In this document: one piece after another, positions 40,292 through 43,235 of the stretch
Numbering within the stretch: position 1 is the first letter of the stretch
How the letters are laid out: every line of letters starts with the position of its first letter
NCBI GenBank assembly: GCA_028865335.1
Contig: JAGWKK010000002.1
Location: 1 to 43,235 of the forward strand
Direction: 5' to 3'
Length of the DNA: 43,235 bases
Origin: Patescibacteria group bacterium
GTDB lineage: Bacteria > Patescibacteriota > Minisyncoccia > UBA6257 > 02-FULL-45-10c
Position numbers and translations under genes: made by a program
The notes under the pieces: generated by a model
The model's input: only the letters and a program-made list of their open reading frames with translations
What the model was told of the DNA's origin: nothing
Databases searched by the model: none

Positions 40292-40543
40292 GTGCCCTCC
40301 AAAATAATCTCCTCCAGCACCGTCCACAAATTACCGGCCGACCTGCGGAAGGCGATTCTTGCGACGCCGAAAGCGCTGGCAATTTGGAACGACGTCACGC
40401 CGCTCGCGCGCAGCGAGTGGATCTGCTGGGTCACGTCAGGCAAGAAAGCCGAGACGCGGGGAATCCGCATCAAAAAAGCGCTTTCAAAAATGAAAGGCGG
40501 CATGCGCCGTCCGTGCTGCTGGGCCGGCTGTCCGCATCGGTAA
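40292..40543 (+). CDS. YdeI/OmpD-associated family protein
   Basis: LPADL..AI, W..VTP..R.EWI.WV...KK.ETR..RI. Confidence 0.85.
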   Translation: MPSKIISSSTVHKLPADLRKAILATPKALAIWNDVTPLARSEWICWVTSGKKAETRGIRIKKALSKMKGGMRRPCCWAGCPHR

Positions 40544-40574
40544 CCTTTTCGCAGAATCAGTGTCCGACAAAAAA

Positions 40575-41111
40575 TCACCTTTGAGGGTGATTTTGCTTTT
40601 CATGGCGCCTATAGTCGATTTCCCAGCAATGGAAATCTTCAGAAGGCGGGAAGGCGAGGATATCGGTGCGCCGGATCGGGATTTTGCCCGTAAAAGTTAT
40701 TTCAATCAGCTGGGCTCCGATAACCGAACGGAAGACGGTTCTCTTCACTTCCGGGAGGAGCGAATCGTCCGGACCGGAATACTGCGGCTCCTGCGGATGC
40801 GGATATCCGGTGATCGCGTAGTGCTGTCGACCATCCCGATATTCCCGGTAATAGGCGATAGTCCAACGGATATCGAACAGATCGCTGTCGTACTTATGCA
40901 ATACAGCCGCCGCTTTTCCGTCGATGATGACACGCATGCCGCGGGCGACGAATTTTAGGGAAAGCTTCTTTCCCCTCATATTTTCATTCACGTGCACTGA
41001 CCCGCCGCTTGATCCCTTGTCGCGGATATAGATGTATTCCAGAGGGAAATTCCTGATTGCCCACGCCAGCATCCCGCGATATTTTTTCGGAGGAAGTTCG
41101 TATTGTTCCAT
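40575..41111 (-). CDS. hypothetical protein
   Basis: ATG 41111 preceded by GGGAGAG; the upstream ORF extension overlaps the + strand gene. Confidence 0.6.
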   Translation of the reverse strand: MEQYELPPKKYRGMLAWAIRNFPLEYIYIRDKGSSGGSVHVNENMRGKKLSLKFVARGMRVIIDGKAAAVLHKYDSDLFDIRWTIAYYREYRDGRQHYAITGYPHPQEPQYSGPDDSLLPEVKRTVFRSVIGAQLIEITFTGKIPIRRTDILAFPPSEDFHCWEIDYRRHEKQNHPQR

Positions 41112-41265
41112 GACTCTCCCTGCCGCTATGTTCTTTTTCCACGATAGCACGGCCGCAACAAAAAACAACTTGTGCTGAAATTTCCACGGGAAAGATGCTC
41201 CGTTGTGAACTTGCCGAAGCCCCTGCTTCGCGCTAAAATGAGTGTAATTAATACCCATAATCCCT

Positions 41266-41838
41266 ATGCCGAAATTTGAACACATGGGCAGGCAAGCGCC
41301 GAAAGAGGAGCAGGTGAAGAGGTTGGATGCGGAAGAAGCGCACAAAGAGGCGAATATGCTTCGCGCGAGCATGAAGATGGATCCGGAAACCGGAAAAATC
41401 CTGAAGGAAAAGCCGGGACGGGAATATGGCGAGCCGCGGAAATGGATTGAAAAACGGGCGACTGCCAAAGATTACCGCGTTGCGGAAAAAGCGCTGAATG
41501 ACCTCGAAGAGCTGGCGGAAAAGGATCCGGAATTGTTGGTCAAGCTGTCCCAATACGCCCAATCTTCGGCACTCGGAGTCATTGCTCCGTTCGTCGTGTT
41601 GGATAGCGTTCTCGGCGGACCGATGTCCCATTTGGAAAAAACCCTCGAGCAATGGAGGGGCGAAAAGCCCGATCAGGAAAAACCGGAAGAGGGGTCGTTT
41701 GCCGAAGCCGTCTTCCGTCTTAAGAAAATGAAGGATCAGATATTCTCCGATGCGCGCAGCCAACTTGAACGCTTGGAAGAAGCGGGCGAAAAATTCGGTG
41801 AACAGGAATCTGAGCAGGAAAAAGTCGAAACAAATTAA
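41266..41838 (+). CDS. hypothetical protein (190 aa, charged)
   Basis: ORF with plausible composition. Confidence 0.7.
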   Translation: MPKFEHMGRQAPKEEQVKRLDAEEAHKEANMLRASMKMDPETGKILKEKPGREYGEPRKWIEKRATAKDYRVAEKALNDLEELAEKDPELLVKLSQYAQSSALGVIAPFVVLDSVLGGPMSHLEKTLEQWRGEKPDQEKPEEGSFAEAVFRLKKMKDQIFSDARSQLERLEEAGEKFGEQESEQEKVETN

Positions 41839-41849
41839 TTTTCATCCCT

Positions 41850-42080
41850 ATGCCCTCATTCATTACTCATCCGTCAGTGCTGGTCGTCGCCCTCATCGTG
41901 CTTTGGACACTGCCGTGGAAAGGAGTCGCGCTCTGGAAGGCCGCCCGCAAGAATGACCAGTGGTGGTTCATTGCCCTGCTGATCATCAATACGCTCGCCG
42001 CACTGGAAATCCTGTATATCTTCATCTTCAGCGAACGGAAATCGCTGAACCAGCCGAAAGACGGAACGCCGACAGCGTAA
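41850..42080 (+). CDS. DUF5652-like membrane protein
   Basis: W..PWKG.ALWKAA.....WFI.LL.INT...LEI.Y; terminator 42082-42106. Confidence 0.8.
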   Translation: MPSFITHPSVLVVALIVLWTLPWKGVALWKAARKNDQWWFIALLIINTLAALEILYIFIFSERKSLNQPKDGTPTA

Positions 42081-42198
42081 GAAAATCCCCCCAACGGGGG
42101 ATTTTTGTTTCTACGTCCCGAATGCCGTAAAGAAAGGCGGAGTTCCTCAACAACCCCCCGTTTTATACTTTTGGTTTTTAGCTTTATACTTATGGAAT

Positions 42199-43173
42199 AT
42201 GGCAAATCTCATGTACGACTCGCTGAAGAATTTCTATCAGCAGTTCACCTATGTGCCGACCGTCGAAGGCGGCAAGAAGCTGAAGAAATATCCGACGTAT
42301 ATCGTTGTCGGCATGGGCGGGTCCAACCTGACTCCCGGCCTTCTGGCGCTCGCGAAACCCGAACTGCAGATCTATTCCCATCGGAACTACGGACTTCCGG
42401 CGCTTCCGAAGAAAACATTGTCGCAGAGCCTGGTCATCGCAAGCTCCTATTCCGGGAATACCGAAGAAACCATCGATGCGTTCCAGAAAGCCGTGAAGGC
42501 GAAAATTCCGGTCGTGGCGGTCACTACCGGCGGCAAGCTTCTGGATCTCGCGCACAAGTTCAAAAAACCGTTCGTGCAGATGCCGCGGGGCATCCAGCCG
42601 CGCACCGCGATGGGATACAGTCTTCTCGCAATTGCAAAAGTGATGGGCGAACAGAGCATCTTGCGCGAAGCTTCCGCACTGGCGACCAGCCTGAAATCCA
42701 GCGAGTTCGAGCGTGCGGGGAAGACCCTTGCGCGCAAACTCAAAGGCAACGTCCCGGTCATCTATGCTTCCCAACGGAACGGTGCGCTCGCGTATAACTG
42801 GAAAATCCGCATGAATGAGACCGGCAAAATTCCGGCGTTCTCTTCGGTATTCCCGGAGCTCAATCATAGTGAAATGACTGGTTTCGACGTGAAGGAAACG
42901 ACCCGCGACCTGTCCCAGAAATTCTTCTTCGTTTTCCTGAAGGATCCGAGCGACAACCCGCGCATCCTGAAGCGCATGAATGTCACCGAGCGCCTGTATC
43001 GGGAACGGGGATTATCTTGCGACGTGGTGATTGTCAACGGCAAATCGCCGCTTCAAAAAGCATTTTCTTCCATTCACATTGCCGACTGGACCGCCTACTA
43101 CCTCGCCAAAGAATACGGCGTGGATCCGGAAAACGTCCCGCTTGTGGAGGAATTCAAGAAGCTGATCAAATAG
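42199..43173 (+). CDS. bifunctional phosphoglucose/phosphomannose isomerase (SIS domain)
   Basis: GMGGS, SYSGNTEET, QPR, W...NE..K, PELNH.E. Confidence 0.92.
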   Translation: MANLMYDSLKNFYQQFTYVPTVEGGKKLKKYPTYIVVGMGGSNLTPGLLALAKPELQIYSHRNYGLPALPKKTLSQSLVIASSYSGNTEETIDAFQKAVKAKIPVVAVTTGGKLLDLAHKFKKPFVQMPRGIQPRTAMGYSLLAIAKVMGEQSILREASALATSLKSSEFERAGKTLARKLKGNVPVIYASQRNGALAYNWKIRMNETGKIPAFSSVFPELNHSEMTGFDVKETTRDLSQKFFFVFLKDPSDNPRILKRMNVTERLYRERGLSCDVVIVNGKSPLQKAFSSIHIADWTAYYLAKEYGVDPENVPLVEEFKKLIK

Positions 43174-43235
43174 ATCGCCTTCCCTGGTCTTCATTTATCT
43201 CCTATTATCCGTGCATATGCACGGATAATAGGAGA

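Overview
Bacterial chromosomal segment. Gene content and style point to a Patescibacteria/CPR (Parcubacteria-like) genome (inference: DUF5652-type and other CPR-typical hypotheticals, housekeeping genes lacking Shine-Dalgarno motifs). Housekeeping backbone: obgE, a pseudouridine synthase, a divergent F-type ATP synthase operon (atpI-B-E-F/H fusion-A-G-D-C), an MFS efflux cluster, fmt/def, thpR, ctpA, rpmA, rmuC, groES/EL, dCMP deaminase-thyX-glyA, lemA/htpX, PGI/PMI, tRNA-Gln(CTG) and tRNA-Ser(GGA). Several accessory layers are interleaved. (1) Three ORF-poor, promoter-driven structured RNAs, two sharing a 40-nt two-hairpin motif with compensatory base changes. (2) A four-helix-bundle gene bracketed by inverted 8-9-nt tandem-repeat arrays, plus gene-less copies of such arrays and other 7/8-mer arrays at gene junctions. 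(3) A GIY-YIG nuclease gene between the intact tRNA-Gln and a hairpin-interrupted duplicate of its 5' half. (4) Many single-gene orphan cassettes with consensus promoters, SD sites and related terminators, including two caspase-like (clan CD) paralogs. No tools were run; family assignments come from recognisable motifs and all RNA structures are by-eye predictions.
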